Positions 8,592 to 15,701 of a stretch of DNA of 47,957 bases are shown here, one piece after another. Made by a program: the position numbers and the translations under genes. Source of the DNA: a virus (Duplodnaviria; Caudoviricetes); IMG/VR virus record IMGVR_UViG_3300048892_000209, positions 1-47,957 of that record. One strand, given 5' to 3'. The notes under the pieces were generated by a model. That model saw nothing but the letters and a program-made list of their open reading frames with translations, searched no databases and was not told the origin of the DNA. Position 1 is the stretch's first letter. Each line of letters begins with the position of its first letter.

Positions 8592-8839
8592 CAGGACTCA
8601 CCACCTGCGCCGAGAGGGCGCACATGCATCGGCGGATCGAGGGGCGGCGGCAAGATTTCGCGGGTGGTGCCGTCCTCCAATTCGACGATCGCCAGCTCCC
8701 ATCCCCCGTCACCGAGGAAGTCGAAGTGGCCGCCGACGAACGTGAAGCGATCGCCCTCCTTCAGCGGACGCGCGCCGGGCGCCATCGGGCACCAGTCCTC
8801 GACGAGTTCAAAGCACTCTCGGAGACGCGGGCGCGCCAA
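8591..8839 (-). CDS. Hypothetical protein
   Basis: Fills the operon slot, abutting both neighbours. Confidence 0.55.
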   Translation of the reverse strand: MARPRLRECFELVEDWCPMAPGARPLKEGDRFTFVGGHFDFLGDGGWELAIVELEDGTTREILPPPLDPPMHVRPLGAGGES

Positions 8840-9118
8840 CTAGACCACCGCCCCTTGAACGCCCTCACCGAGAGGGCGACCCGGCTCCCAAAGCTCCGGC
8901 CGAGCATCAAGCCAGTCAGTTACCTCGCAATCCGAAAGGGAGGCGGGTACTTCGATCAGCCGGACCGCCGAGACCAGCTCGTCGGCGTGGGAGGACCACC
9001 ACTCTTGCTCTAGCTCGGCTTCTGAGGCCGTCTCGCGCCACTCAAACCCACCGCTGTTTCCGGGGCACAGGAATCCAACGACGTAGACCACTCGCAGGGG
9101 TCCACCCTGAGCGACCAT
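8840..9118 (-). CDS. Hypothetical protein
   Basis: Start moved to ATG 9118 (TGATG overlap with upstream ORF). Confidence 0.55.
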   Translation of the reverse strand: MVAQGGPLRVVYVVGFLCPGNSGGFEWRETASEAELEQEWWSSHADELVSAVRLIEVPASLSDCEVTDWLDARPELWEPGRPLGEGVQGAVV

Positions 9119-9387
9119 CAGGACCAGCTCCTGGCACCACACGAAAGAAGCGGATGCTGATCATCCTCAACCCGCCACGCCTCAACAACAAGCCCCGATT
9201 CCTCGTCCTCCCAGCAGAAGGTGTCTCCTGCGAGAACGTCTAGGGCTGCTTCAGCGCAGGTGGTGATTGAGAGGCCCGTCTCACTCTCGATGCGAGAGGT
9301 GAGGTCTGCGGAGTCCTTCGGGGCGAATCTCTCGACCAGCTCCTCTACCTCGTTGCGGGGGTTGGAGACCTCTACGACGAAGGTCAT
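9118..9387 (-). CDS. Hypothetical acidic protein
   Basis: ATGA-coupled to the cro-like gene. Confidence 0.6.
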   Translation of the reverse strand: MTFVVEVSNPRNEVEELVERFAPKDSADLTSRIESETGLSITTCAEAALDVLAGDTFCWEDEESGLVVEAWRVEDDQHPLLSCGARSWS

Positions 9388-9620
9388 GCCGCTGCCTTCC
9401 CGGTCTCGGGTTGGCGGTCCCAGCCGAGGAGATGATCAGCGGAGACCTCGAAGTGCTGGCAGAGCAACCGCTTCTGGTCGTCGGGGATTCCAGTTTCGCC
9501 CCGCTCCCAGCGTTCGACGGTTCGGTGCCCCACATCGCAAAGGACGGCCAGTTCGGCAATCGACATCTCGCGACTCCGGCGAAGATCAGCGAGGCGGTTC
9601 ATGTTCTCGGTACCCGTCAT
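9384..9620 (-). CDS. Cro-like XRE-family HTH regulator
   Basis: LADLRRSREMSIAELAVLCDVGHRTVERWERGETGIP...FEVSADHLLG; first gene of the early operon. Confidence 0.9.
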   Translation of the reverse strand: MTGTENMNRLADLRRSREMSIAELAVLCDVGHRTVERWERGETGIPDDQKRLLCQHFEVSADHLLGWDRQPETGKAAA

Positions 9621-9622
9621 AA

Positions 9623-9681
9623 CGTGTCGGGTGGCAACCTAGCATGACCCGACACGACTTGTCAACCAAGTTGTGTCGGGT
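9623..9681. promoter_or_regulatory. Immunity operator region and early (leftward) promoter
   Basis: ACCCGACAC half-sites in alternating orientation at 9624-9632, 9647-9655 and 9673-9681; minus-strand TTGACA (9665-9660), 18 nt, then extended -10 TGcTAGGTT (9644-9636). Confidence 0.85.
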
Positions 9682-9722
9682 TAGAGCATTTCCCGCTGAT
9701 TGCGCATAGTCTTCGCAGCGCT

Positions 9723-10085
9723 ATGGCGCTTCCGGTCCTCCCGGCCCTCTTCAAAGAGATGGCCAAACAGCGCACAGAGAAGGGGAGGACGAGAAAGGAA
9801 GTTGCCCTCGCCTGCGAAGTCGACGAACGGACTGTCGAACGGTGGGAGAACGGGAAGAATCTGCCCGTCCGAGCGAAAGAGGACGACCCGGGTGGAGACC
9901 TAGCCCGCGCCGTGGAAGGTTATGCGCTCATCTTGGACGTAAGCGAGGCCGATCTATGGGCCGCCGGCATCGTTCGGGCCGGCAGAGAACGGAAGGCTTA
10001 CGAGGCTCGAACCCGTCCTAAGCACGGGCCGAGTCAGGCGACCCTACGAGCGGTAGCCGCGCTGCGTCGGCATTCAAAGACGTAG
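9723..10085 (+). CDS. CI-like XRE-family repressor
   Basis: RTEKGRTRKEVALACEVDERTVERWENGKNLP; divergent from the cro-like gene; recognition helix RTVERWE shared with it. Confidence 0.85.
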   Translation: MALPVLPALFKEMAKQRTEKGRTRKEVALACEVDERTVERWENGKNLPVRAKEDDPGGDLARAVEGYALILDVSEADLWAAGIVRAGRERKAYEARTRPKHGPSQATLRAVAALRRHSKT

Positions 10086-10269
10086 CCAGGTCGTCCAGCA
10101 GATCCCGCCACGGCGAATCAGCGGGGAGGCGGTCGACGTAACGCTGGGCTACCGACGCAACTTCGCTGATCGCCTCCAGCTCAAGAGCTGCCGTATCGAC
10201 CTCGGGGGTATCCATCTCACCCGACATTACTTGTCGGGTTGGACGAGACAGGTGCTGCGTGGCTTCCAC
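10018..10269 (-). CDS. Hypothetical protein, convergent with and overlapping the repressor 3' end
   Basis: Helical-looking 83-aa ORF with G-rich RBS; start uncertain. Confidence 0.45.
   Translation of the reverse strand: MEATQHLSRPTRQVMSGEMDTPEVDTAALELEAISEVASVAQRYVDRLPADSPWRDLLDDLATSLNADAARLPLVGSPDSARA
10219..10239. promoter_or_regulatory. Remote palindromic operator ACCCGACA-N5-TGTCGGGT
   Basis: Perfect 8-bp inverted repeat using the same half-site as the cI/cro intergenic region. Confidence 0.7.
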
Positions 10270-10358
10270 GTTTGTTTGACCCCCCTTTAACGGTCAGTTG
10301 ACTGGGGGGTTATCTCAGACGCGGCCGACCTCTGCAACCCGACTTGGTAAGCCTAAAT

Positions 10359-10952
10359 TCAGCGTGGGGCCGATTTGAAGACGTCCAGGAAGACCGAGAC
10401 GGGGAAGGAGTCCGAGCCGTCGGCGCTCCTCCGAGCGGCGGAGCGCTGGACGATATCTGCGAGATCGTCTTCGGCCTTCCGGGCAAGCTCCATCGCCTCC
10501 TGGAGACCCTCTTCGTCGAGCACCACGGGGGTGCGGCTCAACCACCACTGGCTGTCGTTGGTGCCGAGGGTCTCGGCCGCGACTGCCCTGTAGAGGTCGT
10601 CGATCTGGGCTTGGATCGAAGTGCAGATAGCTTGCCGTGCGAAGACCGGATCCTCCTCGGCGAGCTGTTCCCAGGACTCAGTGTCGAGTAGAACCGGCTT
10701 GGTCGCCTTGTAGACGTGGCGGATCGTCGCACCTCGCACAGGTTCCTGGTGGACAAGCTCCGCGCAGCCCAGCTTCACCAACTGCTTGACGTGATGGGAG
10801 ACGTTCGGGATCGGCTCCCCGATCTTGTCGGCGATCTCCTTCGGACTCGCTTCACGCGCGTGAAGGATCACCCAAGCCTGCTTGCGAACCGGGTGCGCCA
10901 TGGCCTTCGAGTAGGCCTCGATCTGCTGCCGGCTGGCCGTCTTAGTCGGCAA
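10359..10952 (-). CDS. Winged-helix (ArsR-like) regulator with C-terminal putative ligand-binding domain
   Basis: KAMAHPVRKQAW...SPKEIA...NVSHHVKQLVKLGCAELV...VRGATIRHVY, then about 110 aa extra; start moved to TTG 10952 behind GGAGGGAGAGGAA (ORF track extends to 11060). Confidence 0.85.
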   Translation of the reverse strand: MPTKTASRQQIEAYSKAMAHPVRKQAWVILHAREASPKEIADKIGEPIPNVSHHVKQLVKLGCAELVHQEPVRGATIRHVYKATKPVLLDTESWEQLAEEDPVFARQAICTSIQAQIDDLYRAVAAETLGTNDSQWWLSRTPVVLDEEGLQEAMELARKAEDDLADIVQRSAARRSADGSDSFPVSVFLDVFKSAPR

Positions 10953-10969
10953 TTCCTCTCCCTCCAGCA

Positions 10970-11069
10970 AGGTCGTTGAGCGATCAAGCCTAGCCAGTAA
11001 TCCGAAAAGAAGTCGCTGCGACGGTAAATCTTTCTCCACCGCTGCAACGACCTCCTCCATCCCTACGGT
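10970..11069. promoter_or_regulatory. Divergent promoter/operator region between wHTH regulator and peptide gene
   Basis: Inverted AGGTCGTTG (10970-10978) / CAACGACCT (11045-11053); central GTCGC-T-GCGAC (11012-11022); -10-like TAGGCT on minus (10992-10987) and TACGGT on plus (11064-11069). Confidence 0.55.
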
Positions 11070-11111
11070 CAGCCCCGCAAAGAGACCCGAATACCTGAAG
11101 GGAGGTGAGCC

Positions 11112-11168
11112 ATGAAGATCACTGCCGATTCGCGTGTGATGGTTGTCGCTTTCAACAAGACGTCCTGA
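11112..11168 (+). CDS. 18-aa peptide MKITADSRVMVVAFNKTS (not in ORF track)
   Basis: Perfect Shine-Dalgarno GGAGGTGA immediately upstream of ATG 11112; followed by a long hairpin. Confidence 0.7.
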   Translation: MKITADSRVMVVAFNKTS

Positions 11169-11178
11169 CTCTCCGGTC

Positions 11179-11228
11179 GCGGTGCCCTCTGGTCGGACGC
11201 ATCACCTGGGACCGACCAGGGGCACCGC
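11179..11228 (+). terminator. GC-rich stem-loop after peptide gene
   Basis: GCGGTGCCC-T-CTGGTCGG pairs with CCGACCAG-GGGCACCGC; no U-tract, so terminator or mRNA stabiliser. Confidence 0.55.
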
Positions 11229-11265
11229 CCCGTACTTCGATCAGCGACCCCGAGAAAGGACGGAG

Positions 11266-11391
11266 ATGACCGAGAAGCCCGCCATGTCGCGCCGGGGCCG
11301 GCGCGAGGCAGGGAACGCCAAGGAGCTCAGGCCCAAGGCCAAAGCGGTCCAGCAGTCGATATCGGTCCGGCGGTTGAATCGCAGCCCTTGA
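11266..11391 (+). CDS. 41-aa basic peptide
   Basis: GAAAGGACGGAG before ATG 11266; MTEKPAMSRRGRREAG...; followed by hairpin. Confidence 0.5.
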   Translation: MTEKPAMSRRGRREAGNAKELRPKAKAVQQSISVRRLNRSP

Positions 11392-11411
11392 CGCGAGAGC
11401 ATCGCCCCAGA

Positions 11412-11459
11412 GACGGACCGGCCTTGGCCCCCGCCCCCCAAGCGCCGGGCCGGTCCGTC
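11412..11459 (+). terminator. Stem-loop with 12-bp perfect arms
   Basis: GACGGACCGGCC ... GGCCGGTCCGTC. Confidence 0.55.
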
Positions 11460-11530
11460 CCACCCCACCTCTGATCCTGCACCCATCCGGCCGTTGACTC
11501 GCCACGCATTAAGCGCGAGACACTGGTCCA

Positions 11531-11776
11531 ATGCTCAGGGGAGATCCTCGGCGACTCGCCATCGACCCGGCGACAGTCTCAACCTGCCGGCGCCTGCTGA
11601 TGCTCGGGGCGAGGATGAGACTCACCGTTGAGAGTGAGGAGGAGATCGAAGGGCTGTCGGACTGGCAGGTGCTCGAGCGGGTCGAGCCGATCGTCCACCG
11701 CCGCCCCCAGCTGCCGCGTACCCGAGAATTTGCATTGAGCCGGAGCACCGGGGAATATCGCCACCCTCGCCGATGA
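11531..11776 (+). CDS. Hypothetical protein
   Basis: ATGA-coupled to next ORF; start uncertain. Confidence 0.4.
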   Translation: MLRGDPRRLAIDPATVSTCRRLLMLGARMRLTVESEEEIEGLSDWQVLERVEPIVHRRPQLPRTREFALSRSTGEYRHPRR

Positions 11777-11985
11777 CCGACCACCCCGCCACCGTCGAAC
11801 TCCAGCGCCCCGGCATCCACGCAGCCACCTGCCCCTGTGGCTGGATGGGAGCGGACTACAGCGACGAGAGCAAAGCCGACGGCGAGGCCAAGCTGCACCG
11901 AGAAGGCAAGCGGCAGTCGTGGACGCTCGGGGAGGCGCCGGCGGAGATGAGGCCGCTCGGCGAGTGGCCGTTCAAGGGGACCTAG
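11773..11985 (+). CDS. Small His/Cys metal-binding-like protein
   Basis: HAATCPCGW...AKLH pattern. Confidence 0.55.
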   Translation: MTDHPATVELQRPGIHAATCPCGWMGADYSDESKADGEAKLHREGKRQSWTLGEAPAEMRPLGEWPFKGT

Positions 11986-12212
11986 CCCCGGATCTCTTCG
12001 GCGAGGCGCACGACCTCGAGGGGCGCAACCCCGAGCGCCCTGGCGATCCGTCTCACCGTCCCCCACATCGGGTCGGCAGTTCCGAGTTCGATCCGCCGCA
12101 GGCCGGTCACGTCGATGCCCGCCTTGGCCGCGAGCTCTTCTTGCGTCATCGATCCGCGAAGCTGGCGGATGGCGCCGCCGAGAGCGCGGTCGGGTTCGCT
12201 TTTGGCTGGCAT
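11982..12212 (-). CDS. XRE-family HTH regulator
   Basis: LGGAIRQLRGSMTQEELAAKAGIDVTGLRRIELGTADPMWGTVRRIARALGV; start set at ATG 12212. Confidence 0.85.
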   Translation of the reverse strand: MPAKSEPDRALGGAIRQLRGSMTQEELAAKAGIDVTGLRRIELGTADPMWGTVRRIARALGVAPLEVVRLAEEIRG

Positions 12213-12302
12213 CGGGGTCGTGGCATCCAACGCGCCTCCCGAAGGCCTGTACAGGGAGTTAACTCCCGAAACGCCTACACTGCTTCGCTCGGGGATCACG
12301 GA

Positions 12303-12635
12303 ATGGCGGAGGAGAGATCAACCACTGAGGAGGTCGCGGCGCTCTTCAAGGCGCTCGCCCACCCGCTGCGCATCGAGATCATCGACGCCTTCGGTGCCGG
12401 CCCAGGCAGCATCCTGTCGGCCTCGAAGTTCGCCAACGCCACCGGCCGGGGCCTGTCCCGAGTCGCTTACCACATCGGGCAGTTGAGGAAGGCCGGCGTC
12501 TTGGAGATCACCCGAGAGCGAAAGGTCCGAGGTGCCACAGAACGCTCCTACTCGCTGAGCGGGGCGAATGCCGACGCTGCGGTGAAGCTGATCGCGATGG
12601 CTCGGAACGGCAGCGATCCGGCTCGGCGCTACTAG
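12303..12635 (+). CDS. ArsR-like winged-helix regulator (short form)
   Basis: FKALAHPLRIEII...LSRVAYHIGQLRKAGVLEI...VRGATERSY; start ATG 12303. Confidence 0.85.
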   Translation: MAEERSTTEEVAALFKALAHPLRIEIIDAFGAGPGSILSASKFANATGRGLSRVAYHIGQLRKAGVLEITRERKVRGATERSYSLSGANADAAVKLIAMARNGSDPARRY

Positions 12636-12673
12636 GCGCGAGCATGCTCATAGAGGAAGAGATCTGCCAGAAA

Positions 12674-12705
12674 CGGCCCTCCGTCTCCCGTTAGACGGAG
12701 GGCCG
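12674..12705 (-). terminator. Intrinsic terminator (possibly bidirectional)
   Basis: 13-bp perfect stem CGGCCCTCCGTCT / AGACGGAGGGCCG; TTTCT follows on minus; lies between convergent units. Confidence 0.8.
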
Positions 12706-12740
12706 CAAAAGACCAAACGTGCGTGTGACGGGTTGCTTCG

Positions 12741-12809
12741 CTAATTCCCCGTATTGTCGTCTAGGACTGGCATCGGTTTCGGGGTCTCCTCTTGTTTGAA
12801 TATGTCCAT
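12741..12809 (-). CDS. Putative 22-aa peptide MDIFKQEETPKPMPVLDDNTGN
   Basis: Short ORF between an ECF-like promoter (GAAAAC-N16-CGTT) and a terminator; alternative ATG 12773 behind AAGAGGAG. Confidence 0.35.
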   Translation of the reverse strand: MDIFKQEETPKPMPVLDDNTGN

Positions 12810-12844
12810 GCTATCTACAACGTTCGGCGGTGGGTGAAGTTTCT

Positions 12845-13642
12845 TTACCACGTCCATTCGATCCTGGCCGAAGAGTTGGCCGCCCCGGCGGCAAGTTGCT
12901 CATCAACCCATAGGCGGCCGTCCGATCGGCGCTCTGCCTTGAGCTCACGGGTCGGTCCCCCATCACAGCGCAACTCGACAAGTTTGGGCTCGCGGTCCTT
13001 TGGCCAGATCACTTGCATTCGGGGTCGATGGGTCGGTGCCTGCAGTTTGAGCGAGACAGACTCGCGGGAATCCGAGAAGCTATTCCGTAACTCCCTACGC
13101 ACCCGCCACTGGAGATGGTCGCCTCGCGAGCGCTCCATATCGAGCGAGAAAATGTAGTTGCGCCCATTGTTGATACCGAAATCATGGATCGTCGGTGCGC
13201 CAATCCAAGGATCTTTGGACTTGAGCCGCCAATCGGCATGGCAGGCATCGACAGACCCGGTACCGGTCGACCAGTGTTCCATCGTGCAGACCTCGTTACG
13301 CGTGAAGATGAGGTCTTGGACCTTCGTATAAGTCGCCGCCTCACCTCTCCCCCGGATTTCCCAGGAGTTGGTCTCTGATCGGACTTGATACGGTCGATCA
13401 CTCTGAAGATCCTGAACGAAGGATGCCACCTCGTCAAGGCGTGCGCGACTATGCCGATCACGCAATAGCGCTATTGCAATAACGCCGACCAGCGCTAGCA
13501 GGGCTGAATCGACTAGATCCCGCTCTGGCTTCCCGGTCGCCTCCAGGTATAGGACGACTCCAGCGACAGCGATGACGAACAGGGCGTCGAGATTCTTCAG
13601 AACGAAAAGACCCGCCGCCTTTCCCTTCTCGCGCCAATCCAC
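12845..13642 (-). CDS. Accessory protein: two TM helices plus beta-rich soluble domain ending IEWTW
   Basis: Two hydrophobic helices near the N-terminus; visibly lower GC; GTG 13642 lies just after TAAGGT (leaderless-type) and downstream of a terminator. Confidence 0.75.
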   Translation of the reverse strand: MDWREKGKAAGLFVLKNLDALFVIAVAGVVLYLEATGKPERDLVDSALLALVGVIAIALLRDRHSRARLDEVASFVQDLQSDRPYQVRSETNSWEIRGRGEAATYTKVQDLIFTRNEVCTMEHWSTGTGSVDACHADWRLKSKDPWIGAPTIHDFGINNGRNYIFSLDMERSRGDHLQWRVRRELRNSFSDSRESVSLKLQAPTHRPRMQVIWPKDREPKLVELRCDGGPTRELKAERRSDGRLWVDEQLAAGAANSSARIEWTW

Positions 13643-13682
13643 CGCGAGGACCTTATCCGTTCCTAAAGACGTCCGCAGAACG

Positions 13683-13721
13683 AAAAAAGGCCCGCCACCC
13701 CAATGAAGGGATGACGGGCCT
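13683..13721 (-). terminator. Intrinsic terminator after Rpf-like gene
   Basis: AGGCCCGTCA...TGGCGGGCCT stem followed by a T-run on minus. Confidence 0.8.
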
Positions 13722-13761
13722 GTACGTACCCCCGGGTTAACGGGGCTATGAAGTGGCGAGG

Positions 13762-14364
13762 CTAGCTCAGTCCAACGATTCCTGCGCATTCCCACGGCTG
13801 CAGGCCGTAGGCGACGTAGAGACGGTGGGCGACGATGTCCTGTTCGCGCTTGCTCGCCTGCCCGGGTGATGGCGCGAAGCCGGGGTCGCTGAAGCTCTGC
13901 CAGGTCGGCACCGAGCCGCTGAAGAGGATGCCGTAGTAACCGCTCGGCACGTAGCCGCGGACGCCCGACTCGCAGACGACGATCGCGTAGGGGATCGCCC
14001 AGTGCTGGCCGCCGCCCTCAAACGGGGTGACGCGCGAGCGCCAGAGTTCACCGCGGCGGTGCTTGTAGAAGATGCGCCGGTAGAGCGCCCACGAGCGCTT
14101 CATTGCCTTCCGGTTACCGGCGCCGGCCGCACACGCGAACCGGTGATGCGCCGCGGCGATCGTCAACGCCTTGGGTCGCTGCCTCTCCCAGCGAGATTTC
14201 TTCCAGGTCTTCTGGGCGAAGGTCTCGAAGGCTGGGGCCGTGAAGGTCTGGCCGTGGCAGGGGTCTGGGTGGAGCGAGATGTTGGGTCGAGTCGCATCCG
14301 CCACCCCGCTCGGTAGGAGCAGGTAGACGAGGGCGACCGCTATGGGTAGGGCGACGCGGCGGAT
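13762..14364 (-). CDS. Secreted Rpf-like (transglycosylase-family) protein
   Basis: AIVVCESG...GYYGI...TW...ASKREQDIVAHRLY...GLQPWEC is the Rpf-type lysozyme-fold pattern; signal-peptide-like IRRVALPIAVALVYLLLPSGVADA lies upstream of the GTG at 14304. Confidence 0.8.
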   Translation of the reverse strand: MRRVALPIAVALVYLLLPSGVADATRPNISLHPDPCHGQTFTAPAFETFAQKTWKKSRWERQRPKALTIAAAHHRFACAAGAGNRKAMKRSWALYRRIFYKHRRGELWRSRVTPFEGGGQHWAIPYAIVVCESGVRGYVPSGYYGILFSGSVPTWQSFSDPGFAPSPGQASKREQDIVAHRLYVAYGLQPWECAGIVGLS

Positions 14365-14473
14365 AGATCCTCCGTTGTCGGGGACAGGACGCGCCGCTCA
14401 GAGCCGAGGAATGGCCGGGGCGCTTCTCAGGTGAAGGGGAGGAGTGCGCCACTGCCGGCGCTACAGTGGGGGC

Positions 14474-14698
14474 GTGGATGCAGCGGTCAAACCGGACGGC
14501 AACTGCCCGGATTGCGGAGAGTTCGTCGAGATCCCGGGGATCTTCCGAAGCTCCGAATCTGAGACGCCCCGCGCCAAGCGAGACTGCCCAGGTTGCTCGC
14601 GTCCGCTGATCTGGTTCAAGGACGCCCAGGAGCAACCAGAAGGCTGGATGGTCGATAGCACCGAGGAGCGGCGGCGCTCGCGTCGCGCCGGAGCTTGA
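14474..14698 (+). CDS. Small double-CxxC zinc-ribbon protein
   Basis: CPDC...CPGC; TACAGT -10 box 6 nt before GTG 14474 (leaderless-type). Confidence 0.65.
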   Translation: MDAAVKPDGNCPDCGEFVEIPGIFRSSESETPRAKRDCPGCSRPLIWFKDAQEQPEGWMVDSTEERRRSRRAGA

Positions 14699-14840
14699 TG
14701 GCCCACCACATCCGCATAGACGGCCTTGGGATCTGGTTCGAAGACAATCATCAGCACGCCTTGGTCTGGGGCGGGGTTGAGCCGGTCCCGCTCGTCCCGC
14801 TCAACTGGACCTACTTCGCAACCGAGACCTTCCCCTGCTG

Positions 14841-15032
14841 ATGACTCGCGGCCCCATCCCAGACAAGCCGGGGTGCTGCCCGAAGCCGGGCTGCATCCTT
14901 GAGGCTGGCCATCACCCAGAGACGATGCACCGGGCGAAAGGCGAACCCCATCCGATCCCCGAGAACCCCTGGGCGTTCAGGACGCGACACTGGCAGACGG
15001 TCACCATTCCGGCCACCGCTCCCCAGCGCTAG
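14841..15032 (+). CDS. Small Cys/His protein
   Basis: CCPKPGCILEAGHH...H motif. Confidence 0.45.
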   Translation: MTRGPIPDKPGCCPKPGCILEAGHHPETMHRAKGEPHPIPENPWAFRTRHWQTVTIPATAPQR

Positions 15033-15415
15033 CCGATCCGCACCGCAACGCCCGGGTGACCAAACCGCTTCTCGGTGACGATCCGGGTCACGTGCCGGTC
15101 GTCAATGATTAGCCCTCCCTGCGTCAGCCCGTCCAGCACCGCCCTCACCAGCTTGTCGAGATCCCCGTCCTTGGTCGGCCACCCATACTTCGGCCGCTGG
15201 CCTTCCGGCATGGAGAAGACCAGCTCCAGCTCGTAGGGAGGGTCGAGGACCTTGCCGGCCGGTCGATTCACTCGAGCGGCGTAGGCGACAGCTTCCACCC
15301 AGGACTTGCACCGCTCGCTCGACTCCCTGCTTCCTCCGTTGCCGAAGTAGACCCGGCTGCCCTTCGGTGCTGGGTGGCCAGCGATGAGCAGGGAGGCTCG
15401 CGGGCACGAGCTCAC
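15029..15415 (-). CDS. rusA: RusA-family Holliday junction resolvase
   Basis: GHPAPKGS...GDLDKLVRAVLDGLT...IIDDRHV...EKRF; start GTG 15415 behind GGAGGAG. Confidence 0.9.
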   Translation of the reverse strand: MSSCPRASLLIAGHPAPKGSRVYFGNGGSRESSERCKSWVEAVAYAARVNRPAGKVLDPPYELELVFSMPEGQRPKYGWPTKDGDLDKLVRAVLDGLTQGGLIIDDRHVTRIVTEKRFGHPGVAVRIG

Positions 15416-15489
15416 AGGATCTCCTCCAACTCGTAGATCGGCTCCGGCCACTCCGGGCGCTCGTCGTCACCCCCACCGGTGACCGTCAT
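15412..15489 (-). CDS. 25-aa acidic peptide
   Basis: MTVTGGGDDERPEWPEPIYELEEIL; G-rich RBS; GTGA-coupled to rusA. Confidence 0.4.
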   Translation of the reverse strand: MTVTGGGDDERPEWPEPIYELEEIL

Positions 15490-15524
15490 CCACGCCTTCC
15501 CCTCCCGATCGAAGCGGACGGCGG

Positions 15525-15701
15525 TCAAATCCGTACCGAGCTGGCGAGGGTGATCAGGCCGGTGAGCAACGCAAGAACCGACAGGGTGATCACGGCCGCG
15601 CCGAGGAACCAAAGCAGGCCCATCTCGCGGACGTAGGAAATGAGCAGCGGCGGCTGGCTCGAGACGATGAAGATCCAGAGGATGATCTGCGCGAGCGTCA
15701 C
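15525..15701 (-). CDS. 58-aa two-TM membrane protein (not in ORF track)
   Basis: GTGA-coupled; [58 protein letters not shown]. Confidence 0.6.
   Translation of the reverse strand: MTLAQIILWIFIVSSQPPLLISYVREMGLLWFLGAAVITLSVLALLTGLITLASSVRI

Noticed and set aside
2008-9620. Many early proteins end in -EAA/-AA, resembling ssrA-type degrons
   Set aside because: Explained by the next gene's GGAGGCNGC ribosome site and ATGA overlap encoded in the last codons
14380-14445. Glycine-riboswitch-like TCTCAGGT on plus, or c-di-AMP riboswitch before the Rpf gene
   Set aside because: Other conserved elements of either aptamer are not recognisable; would need Infernal
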